From Dendrobates tinctorius (lineage: Eukaryota), in the NCBI RefSeq assembly GCF_039654945.1, contig NW_027361917.1, positions 58,652,001-58,716,000 on the forward strand: a DNA stretch of 64,000 bases. Reading direction: 5' to 3'. Numbering within the stretch: the stretch's first letter is position 1; every line of letters begins with the position of its first letter. Position numbers and translations under genes: made by a program. Positions 12,880 through 24,295 of this stretch are shown one piece after another. Under the pieces are notes generated by a model that saw only the letters and a list, made by a program, of their open reading frames with translations, made no database searches and was not told the origin of the DNA.

Positions 12880-15800
12880 ATGAGGAAGGCTGGTGGAAGA
12901 GGCCGTGGAATTGGGCGGGGGTTGGCAGCTGGTAATGATGGTGTTGGTGGTGGATCTGATGGTAGTGGCAAGAGCAAAATAGGACCGAATGCAGGAGGTG
13001 CTGACCCTGCGTCATCGTCTGGCTACATAAGGCCTCGAACGCTTAGTTTTCTAGGAGTTGGCAAACCGCTTTTAAAGGCAGAGCATCAGGAAAAAGTTTT
13101 GTCTTACATTGCTGACTCAGCCTCCAGCTCTATCGCCTCCTCTTCTTCAGTTGTAAAAAGTAAAAGCACTGAGTCGTCATTGGAGGCTCATGTTCATGAA
13201 CCACACCTTTCCTTGTGTCCTTCACCCCAACCAAGATTGAAGGATAACGCAGGCCATACTACTGATTACTCCATGGAGCTGTTTTCACATACCATGCCTG
13301 GATTAACAAGTGAAATGGTGAATTACCCAGGCCAAGATGAATCTGACATGGAGTGCACTGATGCACAGCCGCTGATGGATGATTCTGCTGGTACATTCAC
13401 TCAGAACACTACATTGTCCTCGCAGTGTACAGAGCCAGATTTTGACCCTGATGAGACTCAGGTGCCCCTTCCCGCACACTATACCACCATACACGGTGAC
13501 ACAGAGAAAGGTGCACATGACATAGAAGAGGAGGTGATGGATGACCCAGTTGTTGACCCAGATTGGCATCCATTGGGGGAAGAGGGTGCTGCTTCCAATA
13601 GCTCAGATGAGGAGCATCCACAGCAGACATCGACATCGCAACAGCTGTTATCTGGCAGGCCCGGAGCACTCCAAAGACAGGTTCCAAACATCAAAAGAGT
13701 TGCTGGACAGCTTGTCCAGAGAGTCAAAAGATCACAGCGTGCTAGGCCGCAAAATGTCTGCCAAAGTAGGAAGAGTGCAGTGTGGCACTTTTTTGAACAA
13801 AATCCTCATGATCAGGCCAAGGTTATCTGTAAGAAGTGCGCAAAGACCTTTAGCCGAGGGAAAAATCTGAAAAATTTGAATACCAGTTGCATGCTTAGAC
13901 ATTTAACCAGCATGCACTTGCAAGCGTGGACACAACACCAAACCTCAAGTGCCACATGTGCAACTGATCACAACGAAGGTAGTCAGCAACGCTACATTGT
14001 TTCCCCCACTGTAAGCCCACCGGTTAGCACAGCAGCAAATGTTGAGGTGTCGTTGCAAGACCACAGCAGTCAGGGAATCCCACTGTTATATCAACGAAAG
14101 ACTGATTCTAGGCCATCAGAAAGAACACCAACTCCATCACCATCATCAACCCTCTCACAGTCTGCCCTGTCCACCGCTACTTCCACCATATGCAGCTCTC
14201 AAGTCCAGCTCACCCTCCCAGACACTATGAGTAGGTTTGAACGCCCACATTGCCAAACTAATCTCGTTTGAGATGATGCCCTTTCGGTTGGTGGAAAGCA
14301 CAGCTTTCCGCGAACTCATGTCCTATGCAGTACCACGCTATGACCTACCCAGTCGCCACTTCTTCTCTCGCAAAGCCATCCCAGCCCTCCACCATCATGT
14401 GAAAGACCGCATTGTCCATGCACTCAAGCAGTCAGTGAGCGGAAAGGTGCACCTCACAACTGATGCATGGTCCAGTCGGCATGGCCAGGGCCGTTACGTG
14501 TCCATCACTGCGCACTGGGTTAATGTGGTGGATGCAGGGTCCACAGGGGACAGCGGTGGTGGGACAGTGCTGCCTAGCCCACGGTATAGGAAACAGTTGG
14601 CTGTAGGCGTTCCACCCTCCTCCTCCTCCTCCTCCTCCAGAAGCGAAAGCTCGTCCACAGAGCGCAGTCGTACGAGCACTCCATCTGCAGCTGCCACTGT
14701 TGCACACGATGTGTCCCCCTATCGAGCAGCTAGTGGAAAGCGTCAGCAGGCTGTGTTGCAGATGATGTGTTTGGGCGACAGACACACCGCCGAGGTGCTG
14801 GCCGAGTACTTGAAGCGACAAACTGAGTCATGGCTGGGCAGTGTACATCTTGAGGCAGGCAAGGTAGTTAGTGATAACGGCCGTAATTTTGTGGCAGCCA
14901 TAGCCCTTTCAAAACTCAGCCACATACCTTGCTTGGCTCACACCTTGAACCTGGTGGTGCAGTGCTTCCTCAAAAATTATCCGGAGTTAACAGCCCTGCT
15001 CCAGAAGGTGCGAAGACTGTGCGCGCACATCCGCCGGTCGCCTGTACACTCCGTTCGTATGCAGAAGCTGCAGCGATTGCTCCACCTTCCCAACCACCGC
15101 CTCATTATCGACATTGCAACAAGGTGGAACTCCACCCTGCACATGGTGGAGCGGCTGTGCGAGCAGAGGCAGGCCATAATGCATTTGTGGGAGGATACAC
15201 GGCCAGGCACTTTGAGAGCAGACATGGAGTTGACAGGCGTGCAGTGGTCGAAGCTGAAAGACCTTTGTAAAGTCCTTCAGTGTTTTGAGGAATGCACATG
15301 GCTGGTAAGCGCAGACGACGCCATCCTAAGCATGAGCATCCCACTTATGCGTCTGCTCATGCAAACTTTGACGCACCTTAAGGAGCAGGCGTCTGCAGCC
15401 AATGTTGATGAGGAGGAAGAGGAGGAGGGAATCCTTGATGACATTCAGCCATTGTCTGCTCAGGGACCTCTCCTGGACGAGGTGGAGGAAGAAGAGGAGG
15501 AGGAGGAGGATGATGGGGATGATTACTTAGGGGAGGAGGATGCATCTCGTGGGGCAAGTGAAAATGTTGGCGTGGCAAGGTCTGGTACAGGGTTTGTGCG
15601 TGACTGGAGGGATGTGGATTTGCCAGAAAGTGCTCCTCCACCCAGCACTCGCAGTGCATCATTGACACCGGGAACATTGGCCCACATGTCAGATTATGCC
15701 TTGCGGATCCTAAAAAGGGACCCCCGCATTGCCAAAATGATGAACGATGACGACTACTGGTTGGCCAGCATCCTGGATCCACGCTATAAAGGCAAATTAC

Positions 15801-16375
15801 AAAACATCATGCCACAGGAGAACCTTGACCTAATATTGGCTAATAAACAAGCAACTCTGGTAAATCGGTTGCTTGAGGCATTCCCAGCACACAGCAGCGG
15901 TGATGGTTCTCACACGAGCCGGGGGCAGCTTGGCAGAGGTGTTCGTGGTGCACACAGCAGAAGTGGTGTTGGAGACAGGGGTTTCATGACAATGTTGTGG
16001 ACTGATTTTTCAAATACCGCTCACACAACTGGTAATACTGCATCGATGGAAAGTGACAGGAGACAGCAGTTGTCAACTATGGTTACAAACTACTTTTCCT
16101 CCCATATCGATGTTCTCCCACACAGGTCATTCCCCTTTGACTATTGGGCCGCTAAACTTGACAATTGGCCTGAATTGGCCCAATATGCCTTACAGGAGCT
16201 CGCTTGCCCAGCTGCAAGTGTGCTATCGGAAAGTGTCTTCAGTGCAGCTGGATCAATCCTGACAGAAAAAAGGACCCGTCTGTCAACCCAAAATGTGGAT
16301 GATCTAACCTTCATTAAAATGAACCACGCATGGGTTTCCAAGGATTTTGTCCCACCTTCCCCTGATGACACATAG
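12880..16375 (+). pseudogene. hAT transposase with BED zinc finger, split by one frameshift at ~14235
   Basis: Likely ATG at 12880 (MRKAGGRGRG). BED finger KSAVWHFF..CKKC..LRHLTSMH. The second frame (14237-16375) has TTDAW, VSDNG, CLAHTLNL, TRWNS and a dimerisation domain with CPAASVLSESVFSAAG. Confidence 0.9.
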
Positions 16376-16524
16376 GGTGACAGAAAAATGGCTTGCTTTG
16401 GTCCACCTCTTCCTGGCACTTTCTAAAACTCCCTAACTGTGCTGCCTCCCCCCCCATGGCCGGGGTCACCACCTACCGCACGACACCGTGCGAGTGCCGT
16501 TGCCCTGGACAGGTGGGTAGGCCG

Positions 16525-16658
16525 ACTCTTGGGCGCGGGCACTGGCACAGGGTCCCTCATAGTGCAATCAAGTGTCTCTGACGGCGGTGGTGCACACCCG
16601 ACGTCAGACACACCGCTGTACTATGAGGGGCCCAGTGCCAGTACCGACGCCCACGAGT
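16525..16658 (+). other. Long imperfect hairpin 3' of the hAT transposase stop
   Basis: actcttgggcg..actggcac.gggtccctcatagtgca pairs with tgtactatgaggggccc.gtgccagt..cgcccacgagt, with an inner ctgacg/cgtcag stem. Confidence 0.75.
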
Positions 16659-16736
16659 GGGCCCCCTTGCTTGGGCAGGGCCCCATCATTTTCAATCTTT
16701 ACCTCTCCCTGCTCCTCCACTGTGTAATCTGGGCCG

Positions 16737-17863
16737 TCAAATCCATACTGTGCCTGACACCGTCTGAGCCTGCCTCCTGAGACATATATTTTGAATGTGT
16801 ACGCTATCCATACATGTTATCCAGGGATACGGTACTCTTTCTAACCTTTGTGCAATCACGTGCAATCCATACTGGGCCTGACACCGTCTGAGCCTGCCTC
16901 CTGAGACATATATTTTGAATGTGTACGCTATCCATACATGTTATCCGGGGATACGGTACCCTTTCTAACCTTTGTGCAATCACGTGCAATCCATACTGGG
17001 CCTAACACCGTCTGAGCCTGCCTCCTGAGACATATATTTTGAATGTGTACGCTATCCATACATGTTATCCGGGGATACGGTACCCTTTCTAACCTTTGTG
17101 CAATCACGTGCAATCCATACTGGGCCTGACACCGTCTGAGCCTGCCTCCTGAGACATATATTTTGAATGTGTACGCTATCCATACATGTTATCCAGGGAT
17201 ACGCTACCCTTTCTAACCTTTGTGCAATCACGTGCAATCCATACTGGGCCTAACACCGTCTGAGCCTGCCTCCTGAGACATATATTTTGAATGTGTACGC
17301 TATCCATACATGTTATCCGGGGATACGGTACCCTTTCTAACCTTTGTGCAATCACGTGCAATCCATACTGGGCCTAACACCGTCTGAGCCTGCCTCCTGA
17401 GACATATATTTTGAATGTGTACGTTATCCATACATGTTATCCGGGGATACGGTACCCTTTCTAACCTTTGTGCAATCACGTGCAATCCATACTGTGCCTG
17501 ACACCGTCTGAGCCTGCCTCCTGAGACATATATTTTGAATGTGTACGCTATCCATACATGTTATCCAGGGATACGGTACCCTTTCTAACCTTTGTGCAAT
17601 CACGTGCAATCCATACTGGGCCTGACACCGTCTGAGCCTGCCTCCTGAGACATATATTTTGAATGTGTACGCTATCCATACATGTTATCCAGGGATACGG
17701 TACCCTTTCTAACCTTTGTGCAATCACATGCAATCCATACTGGGCCTAACACCGTCTGAGCCTGCCTCCTGAGACATATATTTTGAATGTGTACGCTATC
17801 CATACATGTTATCCAGGGATACGGTACCCTTTCTAACCTTTGTGCAATCACGTGCAATCCATA
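16737..17863. repeat. 124-bp minisatellite, ~9 copies, downstream of the hAT transposase
   Basis: caatccatactg.gcct.acaccgtctgagcc recurs every 124 bp. Confidence 0.95.
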
Positions 17864-19896
17864 CTTGGCGTGAGAACGGCTGGCGAGCTGTTAAGCAAGC
17901 TACAGCACCTGTCCAGACAAGTACAGGGATTCCCTAGCGAGGAGACTTATTTGATTGTTTTCAATGTTGGGACAGCAATTTTTGGGGAGCACTATACTCT
18001 GGAGAATGATAGATGGGGCCCACCATACACTGGAACATTCCAAAGGTGGACATCAGACACTGGAGCAGCATTTACAGGGCCCATTATACACTAGAGCATT
18101 AGAAATGGGGCCCATTATGTTTGGAGCATTATTTGGGCCCATAAGACAGTGGAGCTTCATCCATGGGGACCAACATATACTGTAGCATTATGTGGAGCTC
18201 ATCATATACTGTTTCAAACATTATATGGGACCAATGATTCTGTATGGAGAAACAGATGGGCCTCGTCATGAGATGTAAAAAGTGAGGTATTTTTCATTGT
18301 ACTATACCGCTATTTATCTGCCGTATCGGAGCATGATGAGTTGTGGTATGTGTTAAAGGGGGCGCTCTTTCGCCCAGGGCACATGAAAACCTGCAGCCAG
18401 CCCTCCCCCCCACAACTTTAGCCAAATAACCCCCATTTTTCAGTGCGTAACTTGTATTATGAAGTTAATTAAGGTTGACAAGCTTAAGTAAGAAGAATTG
18501 ATGCTTTTGGCATTCAAATGGGCACTGTAGGTGTGTTTCCTGTCCTCCTCTCACTGCCGACTTTTATTCCCCATTGACTTACATTGGGTTTCGTGTTTCG
18601 GGACGACCCCGACTTTTCCCTATAATCGGACGATCTTGCTCGACCCGACTTTTGGAAAAGTCGGGTTTCACGAAACGAAACGCGACCCTAAAAAACCAAA
18701 AGTCGCTCAACTCTAGTTAAAAGTAGTTAATAAATACATGGATGGAGCATATTAAATCATATGCAGATGGAGCATGTTAAATTTTATGCGTATAGTCCCT
18801 CTTTTTTTTATATGTATTTGATTTTATTCATATTAAAATGCTAAAATGTTTTTTAACATTAGTATAATAAAGTTATGGTTTTTAATATTTCTAACTATTT
18901 GCAATATTACTTCCTATTCATATTAGGTATACATTAAGGCTGTTCTTTCCCCCATTTTTAATTGCTCATTACAGTCAAATCACTATCTAGCCATTTATTG
19001 GGAGGGTGGAGGAAGGTGATCAATCCAAGAGTTAGACAGGTGTTTGACCATACACACACTATATATGACAGCTAGACTAGGTGGGCGGTAACCCTGGCGG
19101 TAACCCTGACGTTTGCCTTCGAAACGTGTAGGTCTGTAGCCTTAGCCTGTGACGTCACATACTGTCAGTGCATGACAGTGTCTGCCATTATTCAGCCAAG
19201 CATCCAGAACGCTACCGGCCGGAGCGGTCCTGGCTCTGCCCGGCTCCTTTTACTACTCGCACCCCAGTTATCTGAGCTCATTCACCTCATCCTCCCAGCC
19301 TGTCACACACTTATCCAGTGCCACTGTGGATTATTCACTGTGATCGGCACAGCACCTCCTTGCAGCTGAAGCTAGGGTAAGTCGGCATAAGTTCCGTCAC
19401 TGTTCATTAGTTAATTATTGCTGGCTTGGTAGATTTCTATCTCCTGCACACTCTGGGGTCTATGTGTGAGGTGCAGATCATTTGCTTTCACTTTCATTTC
19501 TACTATTACTGAACTGTCCTATGCAACTTGGAGCGCAGTACCTTCCTTAATTTATTCATTGATACCTAAATGTAGTGGGTTGAAACATACTGATAATATA
19601 CAGCTCTGGCAAAAATTAAGAGACCACTGCACAGTTTTATAAAGATCAGCTTCTCTACATGTCTGGCAGCCATTCCATTCCAGTGTCAGTTGTATTCCAA
19701 CCAGAGTACACCTCATTCTATCTAATGTGCTTCTGATTAGGTGATCATCATCTGAACCAAATCTTATATAATGAAGGAAATTATAAATAAAGCCCTGCTG
19801 TGGTGTTCACAATCCTTTTGCAATAGGACAAGCTGGATGGCAAAACAAGTGCTAGTAATATCCCAAAAGTAATAAGAATGAAAAAATAACTTAATC

Positions 19897-20926
19897 ATGC
19901 CAAAGGAGTTGAAAAGAAAAGTCTTGAGTGAGGAAAAGAAGGGCTTAATTCTGACTTTACTAGCAGAGGGATACAGTGAGCATCATGTTGCCTCCATCCT
20001 TTAAATTTATAAGACAGCAGTCCATTACAACAAGGTCAAGCAGCAGACATTGGGGACAAAAAAGCTACAGACTAGCAGAGGGCAAAAACGACTCTCCACT
20101 GACCGGGATGACCATCATCTTATTTGAATGTCACTCAGCAACCGCAGGATGACATCAAGTGACCTTCAAAAGGAATGGCAAATGGAAGCTGGGGTGAAGT
20201 GAACGGCAAGAACAGTTTGAAACAGGCTCTTAGAGGCAGAGCTCAAGTCATGTAAAGGTAGAAAAAAGCCTTTTATCAATGAGAAGCAAAGGATAGCCAG
20301 GCTGAGGTTTGCCAAAGACCATAAGGATTGGACCATAGAGGACTGGCGTAAGGTAATCTACTCTGATGAGTTCTAATTTTCAGCTTTGCCCAACACCTGG
20401 TCATCAAATGGTTAGACAGAGACCTGGAAAGGCATACAAGCCACAGTGTCTTGCACCCACTGTGAAATGTGGAGGATCGGTGATAATCTGGGGATGCTTC
20501 AGCAAGGCTGGAATTGGGCAGGTTGATCTTTGCGAAGGACGTATGAATCAACCCGCATACAAGGTTATCCTGGAAAAACAGTTGATTCCTTCTGCTCAGG
20601 CAATGTTCCCCAACCCTGAGGACAGGTTTTTCCAGCAGGACAATGCGCCATGCCACACAGCTAGGTCAATCAATGTGTGGATGAAGGACCACCACATCAA
20701 ATCCCTGTCCTGGCCAGCCCAATCTCCAGACCTGAACACCATTGAAAATCTCTGGAATGTAATTAAGAGGAAGATGGATAGTCACAAGCCATCAAACAAA
20801 GAAGAACTGCTTACATTTTTGTGCCAGGAGTGGCATAAGGTCACCCAAAAGCAGTGTGAAAGACTAGTGGAAAGTATGCCAAGACACATGAAAGCTGTGA
20901 TTAAAAATCATGGTTGTTCAACATAA
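19897..20926 (+). pseudogene. Tc1 DD34E transposase with in-frame stops in the 5' half
   Basis: ATG at 19897. YSDE, QQDNAPCH and SPDLNTIE motifs with 34-residue D-E spacing. Only the C-terminal 186 codons remain open. Confidence 0.9.
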
Positions 20927-21529
20927 TATTGATTTCTGAACACTTCCTGAGTTAAAACATTAGTATTGGTGTTTCTAAATGACTATGAACTTGTTTTCTT
21001 AGCATTATTTGAAGTCAGCAAGCATTGCATTTTTTTGTTATTTTGACCATTTCTCATTTTCTGAAAATAAATACAAAATTTAGTGCTTGGAAATTCGAAG
21101 ACATGTTGTCAGTAGTTTATGGAATAGAAGTGCAATTTACATTTTACTCAAAAATATACCTACAGTGGGGAAAAAAAGTATTTAGTCAGTCAGCAATAGT
21201 GCAAGTTCCACCACTTAAAAAGATGAGAGGCGTCTGTAATTTACATCATAGGTAGACCTCAACTATGGGAGACAAACTGAGAAAAAAAAATCCAGAAAAT
21301 CACATTGTCTGTTTTTTTTTCATTTTATTTGCATATTATGGTGGAAAATAAGTATTTGGTCAGAAACAAGCAATCAAGATTTCTGGCTCTCACAGACCTG
21401 TAACTTCTTCTTTAAGAGTCTCCTCTTTCCTCCACTCATTACCTGTAGTAGTGGCACCTGTTTAAACTTGTTATCAGTATAAAAAGACACCTGTGCACAC
21501 CCTCAAACAGTCTGACTCCAAACTCCACT

Positions 21530-22475
21530 ATGGTGAAGACCAAAGAGCTGTCAAAGGACACCAGAAACAAAATTGTAGCCCTGCACCAGGCTGGGAAGAC
21601 TGAATCTGCAATAGCCAACCAGCTTGGAGTGAAGAAATCAACTGTGGGAGCAATAATTAGAAAATGGAAGACATACAAGACCACTGATAATCTCCCTCGA
21701 TCTGGTGCTCCACGCAAAATCCCACCCCGTGGGGTCAGAATGATCACAAGAACGGTGAGCAAAAATCCCAGAACCACGCGGGGGGACCTAGTGAATGAAC
21801 TGCAGAGAGCTGGGACCAATGTAACAAGGCCTACCATAAGTAACACACTACGCCACCATGGACTCAGATCCTGCAGTGCCAGACGTGTCCCACTGCTTAA
21901 GCCTGTACATGTCCGGGCCCGTCTGAAGTTTGCTAGAGAGCATTTGGATGATCCAGAGGAGTTTTGGGAGAATGTCCTATGGTCTGATGAAACCAAACTG
22001 GAACTGTTTGGTAGAAACACAACTTGTCGTGTTTGGAGGAAAAAGAATACTGAGTTGCATCCATCAAACACCATACCTACTGTAAAGCATGGTGGTGGAA
22101 ACATCATGCTTTGGGGCTGTTTCTCTGCAAAGGGGCCAGGACGACTGATCCGGGTACATGAAAGAATGAATGGGGCCATGTATCGTGAGATTTTGAGTGC
22201 AAACCTCCTTCCATCAGCAAGGGCATTGAAGATGAAACGTGGCTGGGTCTTTCAACATGACAATGATCCAAAGCACACCGCCAGGGCAACGAAGGAGTGG
22301 CTTCGTAAGAAGCATTTCAAGGTCCTGGAGTGGCCTAGCCAGTCTCCAGATCTCAACCCTATAGAAAACCTTTGGTGGGAGTTGAAAGTCCGTGTTGCCA
22401 AGCGAAAAGCCAAAAACATCACTACTCTAGAGGAGATCTGCATGGAGGAATGGGCCAACATACCAACAACAGTGT
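21530..22475 (+). pseudogene. Tc1 DD34E transposase, codons 1-315, interrupted by the PLE array
   Basis: Open from the ATG, with a paired-like HTH and WSDETK / QHDNDPKH / SPDLNPIE. Continues at 48805. Confidence 0.95.
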
Positions 22476-22826
22476 AATAAATCACAGAGAAAAACAAGCG
22501 ATCAAAGAAATCCGACCAACAAAAGATGTATAAGAAACATATAAAAATTTATTCAAGGAAACACAGAAAAACAGGACAGGAATTAGAATCATGAGTTGAC
22601 CATGGTAGCGTGCAAGCGACCAATGGGGTACACATGGAGTAAAAGGACCTATTCGGAACATCAATAGAAGGCATATAGCTAGATGTATAATTGAAGAAAT
22701 AAATGCCAGTTCCTAACAAGGTATAATAATACGATCAAACAGGACAAGTACATAAATAAGTATTATAAGCAAATAAACAATAGCAGACTTAATACCTGTT
22801 ATGGTTGTATGTAACGGTCCACTCCA

Positions 22827-22877
22827 GTATACCCCCCCCAACGCACGTTTCGGCAGATGGCCTTTCTCAAGGGGTAC
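22827..22877 (-). ncRNA. Variant minimal type I hammerhead ribozyme (U3-A8 core), spacer 1
   Basis: GTACCCC-TTGAGAA-A-GGC-catct-GCC-GAAA-CGTGCG-TT^GGGG. Predicted cut between 22840 and 22839. Confidence 0.8.
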
Positions 22878-22879
22878 AG

Positions 22880-23780
22880 GGAAAAGAGGAAGTAAGGGGT
22901 ATTTAAGACAGAATCAACCAATCAATCCAAGGATCATACCCATGTGATCAATCACCAATGGTGCACGTGTGTCAAGGTTCCACCCAACCATAGCATCCGT
23001 TGTCATGGCTACATCCCATAGAACAAATTTATTCATATGGGTAATAGTAGACAGACTATCTGAAATAGAGAGCTAACACATAAATAAACACCTCCAAGAT
23101 GGATCTCTTTATTAGGAATCACTGCTAGCATAAGTAGTAGCCACCATTATTATATTGATCAGCGCATTAAAACCTGTGTATCGTCCAACAAAGATGACAT
23201 CATCGTTGGTGGAATCACATGAGTCGTCTTCACTTACTAACAACACCCAATATGGTACAAGTATTGGTGACCGCAGCACTAATCATGTGACTATCGTCAC
23301 GCTGCCGGGGCTCCTCCCCTATTGACGTCACCGCGCCGACGCGTCCACCTTTCATGACGCAAGTTGCCCCGACAACCAGTGCAATACAAGTATTGGTGAC
23401 CGCAGCGCTAGTTAAGTAACCATCATCACGCTGCCGGGGCTCCTCCCCCATTGACGTCACCACGCCGACGCGTCCACCAATCATGACGCAAGTTGCCCCG
23501 ACAACCAAAACAATGGGCGGCGGCGGCAACTCCAGCGTCATAGTTGTAACCACCCACAATAGGGAGGAATCAAAGAAATCAATGACTCCTCCCTAGCTGT
23601 ATCAGCCATGGCAACGCGTCCACTCATAATGACGCAGGCGTCACCCCGGCAACCAAAACAGCGGGCGGCAACGGCATCAATGTGACGTCAACTAAGTGAC
23701 TGGCCACAATGGAGATGCCGAGAGGCGTCCGATGTGAAGGAGACAGCAGTGCGCATGCGTACAGAGCGAACGTCATCCAA
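22880..23780 (-). promoter_or_regulatory. Putative PLE internal promoter upstream of the hammerhead (repeated in every spacer)
   Basis: TATA-like CTTAAATA (22900-22907), CCAAT boxes, E-box CACGTG, three full CRE TGACGTCA (23323, 23452, 23683), RFX-like GTTGCCCCGACAAC twice and GCCATGGCAAC, NRF1-like TGCGCATGCG (23750). Includes a 129-bp-period duplication at 23256-23507. Confidence 0.55.
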
Positions 23781-24295
23781 TGGCATAGGGTATAACAGCC
23801 ATAAACCTAAACAGAAACAATATAGGAGACACGCAGATTAATAGCCCGGCGCCGCCAGACAATAGTCCTAAAAATAGCGACAATAGCGATGGACAGCACA
23901 TGGTAACAAAATAAACTAGCAAAGGCGGTAATAAAGCATAGACCCAAGGCATAAAAGATATATATATGTATACAATGAAGATAACTCCTCAAAACAAACA
24001 AAAACACATAAAGAAGCAGAACATATATATATAGATTTCATAACAAAAATAGTCCTGCTATCGTTATCTTCATATGATAATATGCCGACAGGGAGATCCA
24101 GACACCCAGAGGGATAAAACAGTGGAGATGTTCAGCCGAGGGAACACAGATACACGAATATGGCAAAGGAAGACTCTGAAAAATAAAACCAAAATTAGAA
24201 CAAAAACAATAAAAACAATAAGATACGCAGCAAACAACCCATGATCAAAAAATGTAAATATAGCCAAACCATCATATATTCAAAAATAGAAACAC

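Larger units (their letters stand above)
11046..18715 (+). mobile_element. Full-length hAT DNA transposon (7670 bp)
   Basis: 13-bp perfect TIR TAGAGTTGAGCGA, 8-bp TSD GTTAAAAG (11038-11045, 18716-18723), palindromic subterminal ccgac/gtcgg motifs, transposase inside. Confidence 0.95.
8583..19559 (-). mobile_element. Older Penelope-like insertion: inverted pLTR pair hosting three younger insertions
   Basis: ~800-bp inverted arms (8677-8694 plus 9251-10048 vs 18763-19560), each with a hammerhead motif. 13-bp TSD TGATACCTAA(G/A)TG at 8570-8582 and 19560-19572. No ORF remnant seen. Confidence 0.65.

Noticed and set aside
16804-17857. Repeated 61-aa ORFs / CRISPR-like periodicity
   Set aside because: Pure 124-bp tandem repeat with no unique spacers, no cas genes and a eukaryotic context.
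8677-19560. 800-bp inverted repeats as TIRs of a giant DNA transposon (Polinton/foldback)
   Set aside because: The arms are asymmetric relative to the TSD and contain hammerheads. The interior is explained by independent insertions with their own TSDs.
21439-22179. 246-aa antisense ORF
   Set aside because: Shadow of the Tc1 transposase.
23230-23559. 109-aa ORF with an internal repeat in each PLE spacer
   Set aside because: Reflects the 129-bp promoter duplication. No domain, non-ATG start.
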